Shown piece after piece: positions 25,590 through 39,183 of a stretch of DNA of 64,000 bases (its first letter is position 1; every line of letters begins with the position of its first letter). The DNA is from Octopus sinensis. Its lineage: Eukaryota. The stretch lies in NCBI RefSeq assembly GCF_006345805.1, contig NC_043007.1, positions 39,556,001 to 39,620,000 on the forward strand, given 5' to 3'. Position numbers and translations under genes: made by a program. The notes below the pieces were generated by a model. That model did no database searches, was not told the DNA's origin, and saw only the letters and a program-made list of their open reading frames with translations.

Positions 25590-26716
25590 AATGCCAGACT
25601 TGTTTGCGAGCCTCTTGGCCAACGTCTACTGCAACTGGCAACAAAACGGGAGAATTCCTGCTTTTGTTTGTCGAGGAGTGGGGACGTTATAGGGAACTTT
25701 AGGCCCATCACTCTGCCCCATGCAGAGTTGAAGATTTTGGCCAAGGTGATAGCCAAGAGATTGGTGCTTGTCGTAGACAAGCTGATTGGCAAGGCGCAGA
25801 CATGCGCCGTATCAACCAGGTCAATACACGATAATCTCCATCTCATGCGCTACATCATAGAGATGGTGGGTAACGAAGCTGGCGCGGGTGGGGCTTTGAT
25901 CAATTTAGATCAGAGTAAAGCCTTCGATAGGGTCGACCATCGACACCTGGCAGCTGTTCTCAAGGCAGCCGGTTTCGGTCCAGTCTTTCGCGGGCGGATC
26001 GCTGCTTTGTACAGCAACATCTGCTCGGTGATACGGGTGAACGGTCACCTTTCGGAGCCGTTCGACATCTCGCGTTCTGTTCGCCAAAGATGCCCTCTCT
26101 CCTCCCTTCTGTACGTGTTGATTCTCGAGCCATTACTGCGGAAGTTGGAGGCTTTGAGTGGTATCCCGCACGATCTAGGATGTGGAAACAGCGTGTCTGC
26201 CTATGCCGACGACGTCACCGTGATGGTGTCGAGCCACAGGCACATTGACCTGATCGGCGAAACGCTAAACGAGTACGAAGCGGTGACAGGTGCAAAGATT
26301 AACGCGAAAAAGTCCGTAGGCTTGCAACTGGGCACCTGGAGAGGCAAGTCCATGCCGTCCAACAGCGTCGTAGGGCGCTGGACAGACGGACCCGTTAAAC
26401 TGCTCGGGGTCTGGTTCGGTCCGGACCTCCAAGTGGATAAAAACTGGGAAGAAGTGACGAACAGGGTGGCCAATCTCACCCAGAAATGGACCGAGAGGAA
26501 GCTGTCCCTAAAAGGTCGAGCGGAGGTAGCGTATGCGTACATCGCATCCGTTATCTATTACCGATTGACCGTCGTCCCTCTGGTTGGCCGAGCTGGTGCG
26601 CTTGCTCTTCGACTTTTTGTGGAAGGGTCAGGTACCACTGGTCAGGCGCTCCATCTGCTGTCAATGACCGCTGAACGGAGGCCTTGGCCGTGGTTACTGA
26701 TGCGCTCAGGCTACGA
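25590..26716 (+). mobile_element. L1/Tx1-like non-LTR retrotransposon reverse transcriptase fragment (ORF 25668-26870)
   Basis: FRPITL, LDQSKAFDRVDH, VRQRCPLS, SAYADDV, KLLGVWF and LSLKGR motifs; GC-rich; the ORF tail runs into (TTA)n. Confidence 0.9.
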
Positions 26717-26768
<52 letters not shown>

Positions 26769-26792
26769 ATTATTATTATATTATTATTATCA

Positions 26793-27083
26793 TTCAGTAG
26801 TTTTATTTTTATAACGTGCTTTTACTTCACTACGGAGCGCAGCTCCGTGTGCCTTGGGTATGTGCTGTGATTTGTTGTGATGCTCTTATGGTTACTGTAT
26901 TGAAATTGTTCTGCGTAGGATGTGTGCAGTGCCTAGTAGTGCAATTTTCTGTATGTTTTATGTGTTTGTAAGTCCTGGTGTTTTTGTTATGTATTTGTCT
27001 GAATATTTTTTTATCATGCCTAATGCACCTACTATGATAGGAATTGTTTCTGTTTTTAGATTCCACATTCTGGTTACCTCTAA
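26793..27083 (-). mobile_element. R4/Dong-like LINE 3' end (subfamily 2) abutting (TTA)n
   Basis: EVTRMWNLKTETIPIIVGALG...IQKIALLGTAHILR; reverse complement of 46647-46911. Confidence 0.85.
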
Positions 27084-27174
27084 TGAGCCAGGCAGGGCTC
27101 GAGAAGGAACAAACAATAAATATGACTAGGTTGTTAGAATACCTACATTGCTAGAAATAAGTTTTATCACTACA

Positions 27175-27560
27175 CTAGCAGTATCGCCCGGCGTTGCTCG
27201 GGTTAATTTCGACCCTTTAGAATTGAAATTTTTGAAAAGTAAAAATTTTGCATTATGTAGCTTGTTATTCTCTTTAAGTAAACATTTTTCTGGTTGAAAT
27301 ACACCGAAGAATAGCGACACAGCAGTCAAAAAATTGTAAAAAATAGGGACTTTCATAGAAAAAAAGCACCTTTTTAATGTAAATACTTTTTGGTGTTAAT
27401 ATGGTCCGATTTGAATTTTATCTTCTATGGAAGAAAGAGCAAGCCTTCTTCTATCATACTCTCAATTTTGATCAACTTGCGCCGCAGGGTCTCGGAGGGG
27501 ATAGCGTTAGTTGAAGGCTACCAAACCTGCCACACACAGACATTCTTCTCCACGGTTTAT
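27175..27560 (-). mobile_element. Non-autonomous Helitron-like element
   Basis: Minus-strand 3' end cccgagcaacgccggg (hairpin)-cgatactg-CTAG-t, identical to the 33588 copy. Confidence 0.7.
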
Positions 27561-28099
27561 TGCGGAAGTTTTGTTGACATCGTATCGGGTAAAAACGATT
27601 TACATCATATTCTAGAGATAATCCTACGAATTAGTAATGTACATCTATATAATTATACATGTATGTGTTGTGTGCGTATATATATATATGTGTGTGTGTG
27701 TGTATGTATACATACACACGTATGTTTATGTATATATATATATAATTATACATGCATGTACATGAGTGTATATTTATATAGCCCTATGCATCATATGCAT
27801 ATGATTATATTTAAATATAAATATATATTGAGGTGTGTATGTGTATATGTATATATATATATATGTGTGTGTGTATGTGTGTGTTTATATATATATGTGT
27901 CTATGTGTGTATGTGCGTATGTATAAATATGTGTGTGTGTGTGTGTGTTTAAATATATATATATATATATAAATATGTCTATGTGTGTGTGTATGTATAT
28001 GTATATATACATACATCCATATCAATATTTATGTATACCAAGCTAATACTACACACACACGCATATATTATATACATATATATATATATTATTATATAT

Positions 28100-28142
<43 letters not shown>

Positions 28143-28639
28143 CTACATATATATATATAACATACATGGATGCACATACACATATATATATATATACATG
28201 TGCGTGTGCGTGTCTGTGCGTGTCTGTGTGTCTATGTTTGTAATTGTTGTAGCTCCACAAATGTCTGTGTGTTGTGTGTGTGCATATGTGTGTGTGTGTG
28301 CATGTGCGTGTGTATGTGTGTGTGTGTAAAATTAACGCAAGCGTATCCCTGCTGATCCGTGTCCCTGAATAGGTCATTAGGTGACCAGCGTAGACACTTC
28401 TCTCTGTTGTAATATTTAGAGGGAAATATTCAACATGGCGTGGAGCATTCCCCTCTAGACCAGACAACGGCATTGACGAATAAACAAAACTGCTCCGCTG
28501 ACGCCATATTGTGAATTTTGTGTAGAAGCTGCAGTTAAAATTACACGCAACAGTGTGTTGCGCTTTCACGGATCATGTGATAATTCAGAGGGCAGTACAT
28601 TTCCTCATTAGCGGACATGTGAACTACTCGCGACAGCGC

Positions 28640-29190
<551 letters not shown>

Positions 29191-29991
29191 TAGATGATAT
29201 AGAACTGAAGAAACTTTGCTGGTGCTTGTGGCGGCGGTGGTGTTGGCCTTAGCGATGTCGGCGGTGATTTAGAAGAATCTGTGATGTAATATATTTAACA
29301 CGTGACTGACCATGTCGATATCATTGATCGGTCATTATTTCGGACAATCAGCCTATTGACCAGTAAATGCTCACTATAAAGGATTTTATAATTTTCAAAA
29401 GATGCTAAGGGCCGTTTTGTTCTTTGAATCTCTTCATTTATTCGCCAACTTTCAAACACAAACGCCGAGCGCAGAACCGCCGAAATATAGAAACCAACCC
29501 TTTTAGCCATGAAAACGCCATTTAATTCACATCGTTAATTAATCTAAATCGGATTAAGCGATTACTCTCAAAGTCAATGGAAGATTCTTCAAAAATGGTT
29601 AGAAAAATGAAAGATTGTGTATGTATGTGTATATATATTGTATATACATATATATTATATTGGTATGAATGACGCTTTCGTAGGTCTGTCTGTGTGTTTA
29701 TTAATAATGGATTTAAATTGATATGTGTATATGTGTGTGTGGGGGGGGGGGGCTGCTTCTCCGCATGTATGTATGTATGCCACTATAAATGTATGCATGG
29801 GTGAATACATACAGACTACAGGCAGTATCGTCTGAAAATCTTTAGTAGACGTAAACATTTTCTATCCTTAATAAACAGCTTTTGTGCTCGAATTTGTGCC
29901 TGTATATAGCTCTCTCTCTCTCCCTCTCTCCCTCTCCTTCTCTCACACTCTCACACTCTCTCTTTCTGTCTCTGACTCTCTCTCGCTTTCC

Positions 29992-30027
<36 letters not shown>

Positions 30028-30085
30028 GTGTGTATGTATGTATATTTATATATACATATATATATATATATATTTATTTATATGT

Positions 30086-30470
30086 GGAGGCGCAATGGCC
30101 CAGTGGTTAGGGCAGCGAACTCGCAGTCATAGGATCGCGGTTTCGATTCCCAGACCGGGCGTTGTGAGTGTTTATTGAGCGAAAACACATAAAAAAGCTC
30201 TACGAGGCTCCAGCAGGGGATGGTGGTGATCCCTGCTGTACTCTTTCACCACAACTTTCTATCACTCTTACTTCCTGCTTCTGTTGTACCTGTATTTCAA
30301 AGGGCCGGCCTTGTCACTCTCTGTGTCACGCTGAATATCCCCAAGAACTACGTTAAGGGTACACATGTCTGTGGAGTGCTCGGCCACTTATACGTTAATT
30401 TCACGAGCAGGCTGTTCCGTTGATTCGGATCAACCGGAACCCTCGTCGTCGTAACCGACGGAGTGCTTCC
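30086..30470 (+). mobile_element. SINE family C, full length
   Basis: ggaggcgcaatggcccagtggttagggc...gtaaccgacggagtgcttcc. Confidence 0.9.
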
Positions 30471-30489
30471 ATCCATAAATATATATATA

Positions 30490-30525
<36 letters not shown>

Positions 30526-30607
30526 TATATATATTTACATATGTACATATATATATATGTACATATGTATACATAATATATATATATATGTACATATATA
30601 TATTTAC

Positions 30608-30681
<74 letters not shown>

Positions 30682-31364
30682 CTATATATATATTATATAT
30701 ATATGCATACATACACACACACTCACACATATATTTAGATAGCTAGATAGATAGATATAGATATATGCGAATGGTTTTCTTAAACCGTGTCGAGTTTTAC
30801 AATTCCCACGTACATGAAAGCCTACTTTTTTCTGTCGAAAATCATTTGTACGCTGATCGCTATAAGCTTTAAGGTTATGTAATAAAATAAAATTTTTAAC
30901 ACAAGATTGTACCAACGCGTATCTACGCCAATAACAATAAACAACATCTTTAAACATCTTTTTCATATATTTTTAAATATCATTCGATTGACTACACGGA
31001 AATTCACTCTCTTTCTCTCTGACGAGTGGATGTATTACCTAATAATGATTATCAATTTTAGATTCCATTTCCAAGAGTAATACATTCATGAAATGATCGT
31101 AAGATATTTTAAACTTTTAAACTTTTTAAATAATCATACTTTATATATTTATACAGCTATCTTACAATATTATTTTGGACGTAAATCTTCTGTGATGATA
31201 TTTTGAAGTAATTTTCCTGCTCTTACTTTATAATATAATATATGATCCCTCTTATTAAATGTCTAAATACCTTTAATGTTTTAGACATTTCCCTACCAAG
31301 AGCACTTATTATAAATTCAATATATTGTATTCTCATCGAATATATTTGATTAACGATACATACA

Positions 31365-31396
<32 letters not shown>

Positions 31397-31404
31397 AATA
31401 TATA

Positions 31405-32767
31405 TACATTTCGAAAATAAACCGTCGGTCCGTTTGATTAACCCAACCAAGTCTGACATCGGATCCGTCAGCAAGAAGATCCTGGACAGGATTTTACCAA
31501 AAATGCGTGAAGCTTCACCCCTTCCACTCTGGAATGGACCTCCGAGGCAATAACCTGGTTCCGGGATTTACCAGATAAAGCAAACAACCCGATTCCTACA
31601 ACTGGATATCGAGGATTACTACGCCTCTATATCGGAGAGCTTGCTGATCGATGCGATTAACTTAATTCGCAGGAGGTCCTCCACCATCACCGAGGCCGAG
31701 CAAGATGTGATCCTCCACGCACGTAAGACTTTTCTTTTCTATGACGGATCCCACTGGATCAACAAAAAATCTATGACCCCCTTCGACGTCAGCATGGGTG
31801 CTACGACTCTGCTGAAATAAGTGACCTAGTGGGCCTTTTCATCCTCCATAGGCTGAAAACCCTATTCACAGGCCTCTCCGGTGGTCTTTACCGAGATGAC
31901 GGCCTTTTCGCCCTCCACAATATAAACCCCAGGACCACGGATGGGTTCCGGAAAAACCTTCACACCTTCTTTAAAACTTAGGCCTTAGGATTACCCTAGA
32001 ATCCAACTTAACAAAGGCTAACTTCCTCGATGTCACCCTCGACTTAAAAACCTCACTTTATTACCCGTACCACAAACCAAATGAATCCCTTAGATATATA
32101 GATATCAATTCCAACCACCCCAAAATATATTAGATAACCTAGTAAAAAGTGTCTCAATTAGAATCTCTAGCCTGTCCGCCACGGAAGATATCTTTAAAGC
32201 CGCAGCCCCCTATTACAACGGCCCTGGCCCGCAGTGGTTTTAAAGATAAGATTACCTATACTAGTATAGCCCACGCAACCCAGGAAAAATAGACGAAGAC
32301 ACATTAGCTGGTACAACCCCCACCCCCCCTTCAACCGTGAGGTCGCTACACCGTAGCTAAGATCTTTTTCACTCTCCTACAGAAACACTTCCCCACCCAA
32401 CATAAGTACTACACTATCCTGAATAAGAACACTATTAGACTCTCCTACTCTACCACGCCCAATCTAGCCAGGAACCTAGCAACAACAATGTGAAAAACTT
32501 AACATATCTACTTTCCCTCCGGGGCCCATCCAACGTCCGATAGCAGTTGCAACTGCCATGATAAAACCACCTGCCCCCTCAACAACAACTGCCTACAGAG
32601 GGACCTAGTATATAAATGCGAGGTAAGATCAGGCCTTGACGATAAATGTAAATCCTACATTGGAATGACGTCAAACAGCTTTAAGACCCGCTGGTACGCA
32701 CATACACACTCGTTCCGGCGACAGGATAAATCCAACCAAACTACCTCGCCGCCCACATCTGGTACCT
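31405..32767 (+). mobile_element. Penelope-like element RT + GIY-YIG pseudogene, frameshifted
   Basis: Peptides ENKPSVRLINPTKSDIG, QLDIEDYYASI, PFDVSMG.YDSAEISDLVG, GLYRDDGL, NFLDVTLDL, YPYHKPN..SNHP, WYNPP and CNC...CPLNNNCL..LVYKCEV...YIGMTSNSFKTRW. Confidence 0.9.
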
Positions 32768-32815
32768 ATTATATAATATATATATATATATAATATATAA
32801 TATATATATATATTA

Positions 32816-32858
<43 letters not shown>

Positions 32859-33027
32859 AAATTTAAAGGACTGCCCACTAAAAAGTGGACATTCAATATA
32901 CTAGATATAGACGTCATAATCGCTATTTTCCACGAAGAATGTGTTCTCAAGAAAAAACTCAGCAAAAAACCAAAGTGTAAAAAAATAAGCAAGACAAATG
33001 AAAATATACGAAATAAAAAACGATTAC

Positions 33028-33102
33028 CTATGTACTAATTAGTTTCACTTGTTAATATTCACGTGTATGCACACGCGAACATCTGCAAGATCATCAGCAT
33101 AG
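33028..33102 (-). ncRNA. Type I hammerhead ribozyme with long stem II
   Basis: ctatg-CTGATGA-tCTTG-[hairpin]-CAAGt-GAA-ACTAATTAGT-A-catag; 5-bp stem I, 10-nt palindromic stem III, GUA cleavage triplet. Confidence 0.8.
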
Positions 33103-33587
33103 TCTGTCGTTTACAAACAATTTCCAGAACTAGATACAGAACGCCTTCCCGCATGCATAGAGTTCGACAAATTAGAGAATATTTTTTTATTTAAAATTGA
33201 ATACCCAAACACTCTGGCTGTGACACCAAGGCTGAGGGCACAAAGTGAGGAACGCATGTGCTAGGTTCCGGGGCCGTCTAGAATCCCTGGTTGAAGTTCT
33301 GTGCAGCTATTTTGAGTAAACTGTTACCTCCAGCCATAATCTACTTCATAGATTTTGATTTTTTTAAATACTTTTATTTTTGGATGGAAATATTGTATTT
33401 TATCCTTCATTTGTGCAACTAAACAGCAACACTTTAAACATTATATGTCCAAAGAACCAATCAGATATTGGCCAGCAATTGATAATAATCGAAGATATTA
33501 CTAGACCCAGTTTGTGAATGATATAGAAATATATCTTTCCCTCTAGATATAACAGATATACTACATGCAAAAGCGTGTATAAGTACA

Positions 33588-34101
33588 CTAGCAGTATCGC
33601 CCGGCGTTGCTCGGGTTTGTAAGGGAAATAACTGTATAAGCATTTTTAGAGAGTTACTTCCTTTATAGATGCCAATTCGGGCTTTCTTAGCCATTTCTGT
33701 TTTGGTGTCTTCAAGCCATGAAGTCGTTGTTCTAAAAGAACGCTGGTCTCCTTGACAACGCATTACGACGTTGATTTCCTTAAACTCCCTTCCCCACAGC
33801 TTCACGAGGGAGGGAAGAAGGGGGAGAAGCAATACAGGTGCAGCTGTGACCATGGACGCCAACTCCGCCGCCATCGACACACGAAAAATTATGCATTAAA
33901 ATGGAATAAAAAATGATGTTAAATTATTTTTAAAATCGTAGACTCATCGTAGACGCGCGATAATAGCCAGACGGGCTCGATATGAATCACGACTATAAGA
34001 TACCCGAATTTGGTTAAACTGCACCGCAAAATGTGGGAGGAGTTAGGAATCTAAATCGTAGGAGACAGACACTCACACAACTACAGTTTTATATATAAAA
34101 A
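33588..34101 (-). mobile_element. Non-autonomous Helitron-like element
   Basis: 3' hairpin + CTAG as at 27175; 5' end ttttatatataaaactgtagttgtgtgagtgtctgtc resembles Helitron TC(TA)n starts. Confidence 0.75.
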
Positions 34102-34583
34102 TATGCTACGCATACATAAGTCCCATAAATTGAATTATTGTAAACACTATAATGAGAAACTCATAAAAACAGCAAGAAATTTATGTCGCATCGAACAAGA
34201 AACCGACAGTAAGAAATATGATTCAAAAACATGAGAATTATAAGTTTGCTATTCAACCTCAAACCACCACCTGAAAGTCATGGAATACATTTTGGATAGC
34301 TAACGTATCACACAGGCTTCAATATACATATGTAAGTTGTATACTTCATAACTTAAGCTTTTAGAAAGGACAGACATGTATAATAGTTTATTGCCAGTTG
34401 ATAATGCATTTACAATTCAGATCATTGCAGCATATTACAATAACGGAAGCGAAATGAAACGAAACAGAAACAGAAAAAAAGCATTAATTTATAATACAAG
34501 CATACTATTTATAGTACCGCAAAAAAGAAAACTGGAAGTTTATGTATTAGTCGAAGTAATGTCCTCATCTTGATAGTTGCTTT

Positions 34584-34625
34584 CACTACGTTTCGGATGT
34601 GTTCGCTCCAGACTGCTTCAGGTGT
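34584..34625 (-). ncRNA. Degenerate hammerhead, same family as 37481 and 56675
   Basis: acac-CTGAAGC-agtctggagcg..atcc-GAAAC-GTA-gtg followed by aagatgaggac. Confidence 0.5.
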
Positions 34626-34713
34626 CTTGTAATTTATGTTAGTGTGTTGCCTCGATGTGTGTCGTCATGATAGATCGCTAGCCACTACACGTTCTTCATT
34701 TTTTCTCCTTGTT

Positions 34714-34751
34714 TCTTTCTATGGAAGAGCGTAGGCTCGAAACGTTAAAGA
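34714..34751 (+). ncRNA. Degenerate minimal hammerhead in an interspersed repeat
   Basis: tcttt-CTATGGA-a-GAGC-gtag-GCTC-GAAACGTT-aaaga; all stems intact, 5' core mutated. Confidence 0.5.
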
Positions 34752-34935
34752 CGTTTTCACTTTCCGAGCGTCAAGCTGATACATCTGTTTGTTGTCTAAA
34801 CCACCTGTCTTCGTCTTTTGTTTTTTGTGAATTCTCCCTATATATGTGTGTCTGTGTGAGAGAGAGAGAGGGTGTGTGTATGTGTGTGTATGTGTGTGAG
34901 TGTGTGTATGTGTGTGCGTGTGTATGTGTGTGTGT

Positions 34936-35292
34936 GGAGGCGCAATGGCCCAGTGGTTAGGGTAGCGGACTCGCAGCCGTGGGATCGCGGTTTCGATTCC
35001 CAGACCGGACGTTGTGAGTGTTTATTGAACGAAAACACCTAAAGTTACACGAGGATCCAGCAGGGGGCGGTGGCGAACCCTGCTGTACTCTTTCACCACA
35101 ACTCTCTCTTTCTCTTTCTTCCTGTTTCTGTTGTACCTATATTTCAAAGGACCAGCCTTGTCACACTCCGTGTCACGCTGATTTCCCCAAGAACTACGTT
35201 AACGGCACACGCGTCTGTGGAGTGCTCAGCCACTTACACGTTAATTCCACGGATCAACTGGAACCTTCGTCGTCGTAGCCGACGGAGAGTCA
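34936..35292 (+). mobile_element. SINE family C
   Basis: Colinear with 30086-30470. Confidence 0.9.
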
Positions 35293-35499
35293 CGATACAC
35301 ACACACACACAATAGAGCAAGAGAAAGACAAAAGAAAGTGAAATGTTTTATTCTCTTAAAGTGAGCAATAATAATGTTTCATCTACCTATGTGATTTATT
35401 ATACCTTAACCGTTTTGAACGATGAAGATTTGAAGTAGAAATATAGAAGAATATATGCGAAGATTAACAAATTCCGTACTGGCTCTGTGTCAAAATTCA

Positions 35500-35668
35500 C
35501 AGATTTTCATTTCAACCGTTTTACTATCAAGGACCCCTTTTAATTTAAATAAGTTTTCCCACGGACCCCAGGATATTGAAAAATCTGTCAGTTTAACATA
35601 TTCACGGATCCCCAATACTACCTTTGCGGATCACCAGGGGTCCGCGGACCACAGGTTGGGAATCACTG
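35500..35668. mobile_element. hAT (Charlie-type) MITE remnant
   Basis: Typical end ggggtccgcggaccacaggttgggaatcactg-ctct; left TIR degenerate. Confidence 0.55.
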
Positions 35669-35879
35669 CTCTGGCTTATATCCGAACACATTTTAACTGA
35701 AAGTAGGATCAAATCTTAAAATGCTTCTTGACGTACTTTTACGCTTAAAGATATTGCGTAGTCCTTTTATATAATGGTGAGAAGTACTATTAAAACAGGT
35801 TTCATCTAAAGACAATGAAAATACACATTAACTTATATGGGATACCAACGTATTCAAAACTGTAATAGGCAGATTAGAG

Positions 35880-36445
35880 TTCATTATATATTGTAATTTT
35901 TCATTAGGGTTTTCCATAAAGGTAAAACTTATTAGTATCAAGGTTTATAGCGACATCCGATATTCTGACTACACTAAGGCTTCTATGTATCAACCACCAT
36001 TCTTAAATCTAATTCTTTGGATGTCTCTATAAGATCTTTTCTGAATATGTATAAAATGTCACCGTTCATACAACACAAGTCTATTAAACTATTGTACTTG
36101 ATTCCAATATTATCTCGTCCTCAGATGATAAACACCATTTATCTTCCATTCAAATAATAGTGCTTCTGTAACTAAATGGTTTCAGCGGCATCAACGATGG
36201 AAAACATTAAGAATTCACGCAATTCCATGTAATAGAATTTCTTTATAAAGCTTTAGCTTTCGCAAATAATCCTATCTACTTCATAAAAACCTTAGTTTTC
36301 GCTTATAATTATATCTCAATTAGTGAATCTGATATCGGAATTATGCACGCGTGGAAGTCCCTGCCACTCTTTGATAACTCATTTTGAGTAAAAAACAACA
36401 GTGAGGGAGAGGCATGATATCCCCATGGTGTTTTATAAAGTGGCT
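35880..36445 (+). mobile_element. Old Penelope-like RT remnant related to 31405-32767
   Basis: Peptides SVTKWF, EFTQF, LVFAYNYISISESDIGIMHAWKSL.FDN.F*VKN and DIPM align with the ILHARKTFLFYDGSHWINK..FDVSMG region. Confidence 0.55.
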
Positions 36446-36464
36446 CGCATTCAGGAAATTATTG

Positions 36465-36522
<58 letters not shown>

Positions 36523-36946
36523 TATATATATATATATATAATATATATAATATATATACATATATATATAATATATATTATATATATATATGTATGTACA
36601 TATGTATATATGTATATATATATATGTATGTATGTAGATATATATGTATATTATATATATGAGAGGAGAGATTAGAGCATGTATATAGTTAGAATGTAAT
36701 AGAGAGATAGAGAGAGAGAGATAAAGAGAGAGAGAGATAGTGAGAGCGAGAGTGAATGAGAGAGAGAGAAAGAGAGAGAGAGGTACACATATATTTATAT
36801 ATATGTGTGTATATGTATGTATATACATATGTATATATGTGTGTATATGTATGTCTATGTAATGTACATGTATGTACATATACGTATATAAATATCCATA
36901 TATATATATTACAATTATATAGTAATATATATATATATACACACAT

Positions 36947-36985
<39 letters not shown>

Positions 36986-37480
36986 CTTGTATGTGACGTG
37001 TGTGTGTGTGTCTGTGTGTCTGTATGTGTGTGCACGCGCGTATCTACATCTGTGTGTGTGTCTACACTCAAAATCGTTAAGCATACAAGAACCTCACAAT
37101 GGAGAAAATCTTAATTTGGCTAATTGAAGCTTTCATTGCTTAAGTGTGCTCAACATCTAAATAACAATTCGTTAGGGGTTATGACCAACACCTAAATGGT
37201 TAAACGGAATGCATGATTGCCAAATATCTTCACACATCGACTATGTGCATATATTTTCCTCACACCTGGATGTGTATTCGCCGACATCAAGAGGTAGTTG
37301 CGAGCAATGGCTTCCACAGCCGGCCGGTATACTGGTTACTAGGGTTACTAGGGATTTAATATAAAGGGAAGGAAGCGAATATATTTTAGACAAGAAAAAT
37401 ACACTTCTATATTTCTGTTATGAAGACTACATAATATGCATTAGTCGGGATGGTGATGTTCTCATCTTCATTGTCGCTTT

Positions 37481-37522
37481 CACTACGTTTCGGCCTTTGA
37501 GCGCTCCAGCCTTCTTCAGGTC
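37481..37522 (-). ncRNA. Minimal hammerhead motif
   Basis: gac-CTGAAGA-a-GGC-tggagcgctcaaag-GCC-GAAAC-GTA-gtg; core intact, stem I only 2 bp in this copy. Confidence 0.6.
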
Positions 37523-37547
37523 TCTTATGATCCACTTTACTGCCATG

Positions 37548-37613
37548 CCTGAGATTGGACTCGGAACCTTCTGCGAGTTCACTGCATTTCAGCGCCCTTA
37601 TCCACTACGCTAC
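37548..37613 (-). promoter_or_regulatory. tRNA-like Pol III head upstream of the hammerhead
   Basis: A box TAGCGTAGTGG matches TRGCNNARYGG; T-arm-like ccgag-tccaat-ctcag with a mutated B box. Confidence 0.5.
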
Positions 37614-37651
37614 ATAAAGAAAACAAGAGCGTACACAGCAGAAACATAGTG

Positions 37652-38035
37652 TAGGAACACTCCGTCGGTTGCGACGATGAGGGTCCCGGCTGATACGATC
37701 AACGGAACAGCTTACTCGTGATATTAACGTGCAAGTGGCTGAGCACTCCACAGACACGTGTACCCTTAACGTAGTTCTCGAGGAGATTCAGCGTGACACA
37801 CAGAATGTGACAAGGCTGGCCCTTTGAAATACAGGTACAAGAGACACAGGAAGAAAGAGCGAGAGAAAGTTGTGGTGAAAGAGTACAGCAGGGTTCACCA
37901 CCACCCCCTGCCGGAGCCTCGTGGAGCTTTAGGTGTTTTCGCTCAATAAACACTCACAATGCCCGGTCTGGGAATCGAAACCGTGATCCTCCGACCGCGA
38001 GTCCGCTGCCCTAACCACTGGGCCATTGCGCCTCC
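37652..38035 (-). mobile_element. SINE family C with ~17-bp imperfect TSD
   Basis: Flanks acagcagaaacatagtg / acaagcagaaacatactg. Confidence 0.9.
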
Positions 38036-38432
38036 ACAAGCAGAAACATACTGAAAGCAACAATGAAGATGAGGATATCTTCATATAAAGAAAAGTTCAG
38101 TTTTACAGTGATAGTAAAAACAATTTTAGAGCGCTGTACCAGCATTGATACTAAGTAAGAAAGCATAAAATACCGTATAGAAATTAATACATGATAACTG
38201 GAGACATAGAGTTTCTTAGGTTATATCTTTATCGTTTTATTGAGTCCTCTATACACTGAATAGTGCTCAATAACTAATGTGAATTATTTGGGACGCTGGC
38301 CTATCCATTTTTTTTTTGTTTTTTTTTTGTTTTTTGTTCTCTTCATCCCCCAAAAGAAAAGCTCTACCTTGTAACTTGTCCCATCTGTGTGCAGCCCTGT
38401 GTGGCCAATAAAGAAACTTATCTATCTATCTA

Positions 38433-38477
<45 letters not shown>

Positions 38478-38619
38478 CTCTATCTATCCATCTATCTATA
38501 TATATATATATATTATACATCACACATCAGCGACACACATCACACTACACACACACACCACCACGCACCACACACCACACACACACACACACACACCACA
38601 CACACACAACACATACACT

Positions 38620-38657
<38 letters not shown>

Positions 38658-38834
38658 TATATAAGGTTAAACAAAAGCGCTCACACTCTAGAAAAAAACT
38701 TCTTCCCCAAAATGGTTAGTAACATCCTCATAGCAGATTTGATAACATTTACTTCAAATACAATTTGTCTAAAAATCACCTTTACACTTCAAGATTTGTA
38801 TTACGTAATTCTCATAGACCTTCACACACACTAC

Positions 38835-38877
38835 CAAGGCCTTGTGACGGAAACCGAAAGAAGCCCGCCATATATAT

Positions 38878-38957
<80 letters not shown>

Positions 38958-39183
38958 GTGGGTGTGTGTGTGTGTGTGTGTCCCTTACATCGCTTGACAC
39001 AAACCGATGCTGGTGTGTTTACATCCCCGTAACTTAGCAGTTCGGCGAAAGAAACCGATAAAATAGATACTAGGCTTACACAGAAATAAGTCCTGGGGTC
39101 GATTTGCTCGACTAAAACAGGCGGTGCTCCAGCATGGCCACAGTCAAATGACTGAAACAAGTAAAAGAGTAAAAGAGTAAAAG
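38835..39183 (+). mobile_element. SINE family A, 5'-truncated, with expanded internal (TA)n
   Basis: gaagcccgcc-(TA)n(TG)n-...gaaacaagtaaaagagtaaaagag. Confidence 0.85.

Noticed and set aside
30086-30160. tRNA-like sequences (also 34936, 48246, 4300)
   Set aside because: These are SINE heads: they continue into a shared body and lack a complete acceptor stem
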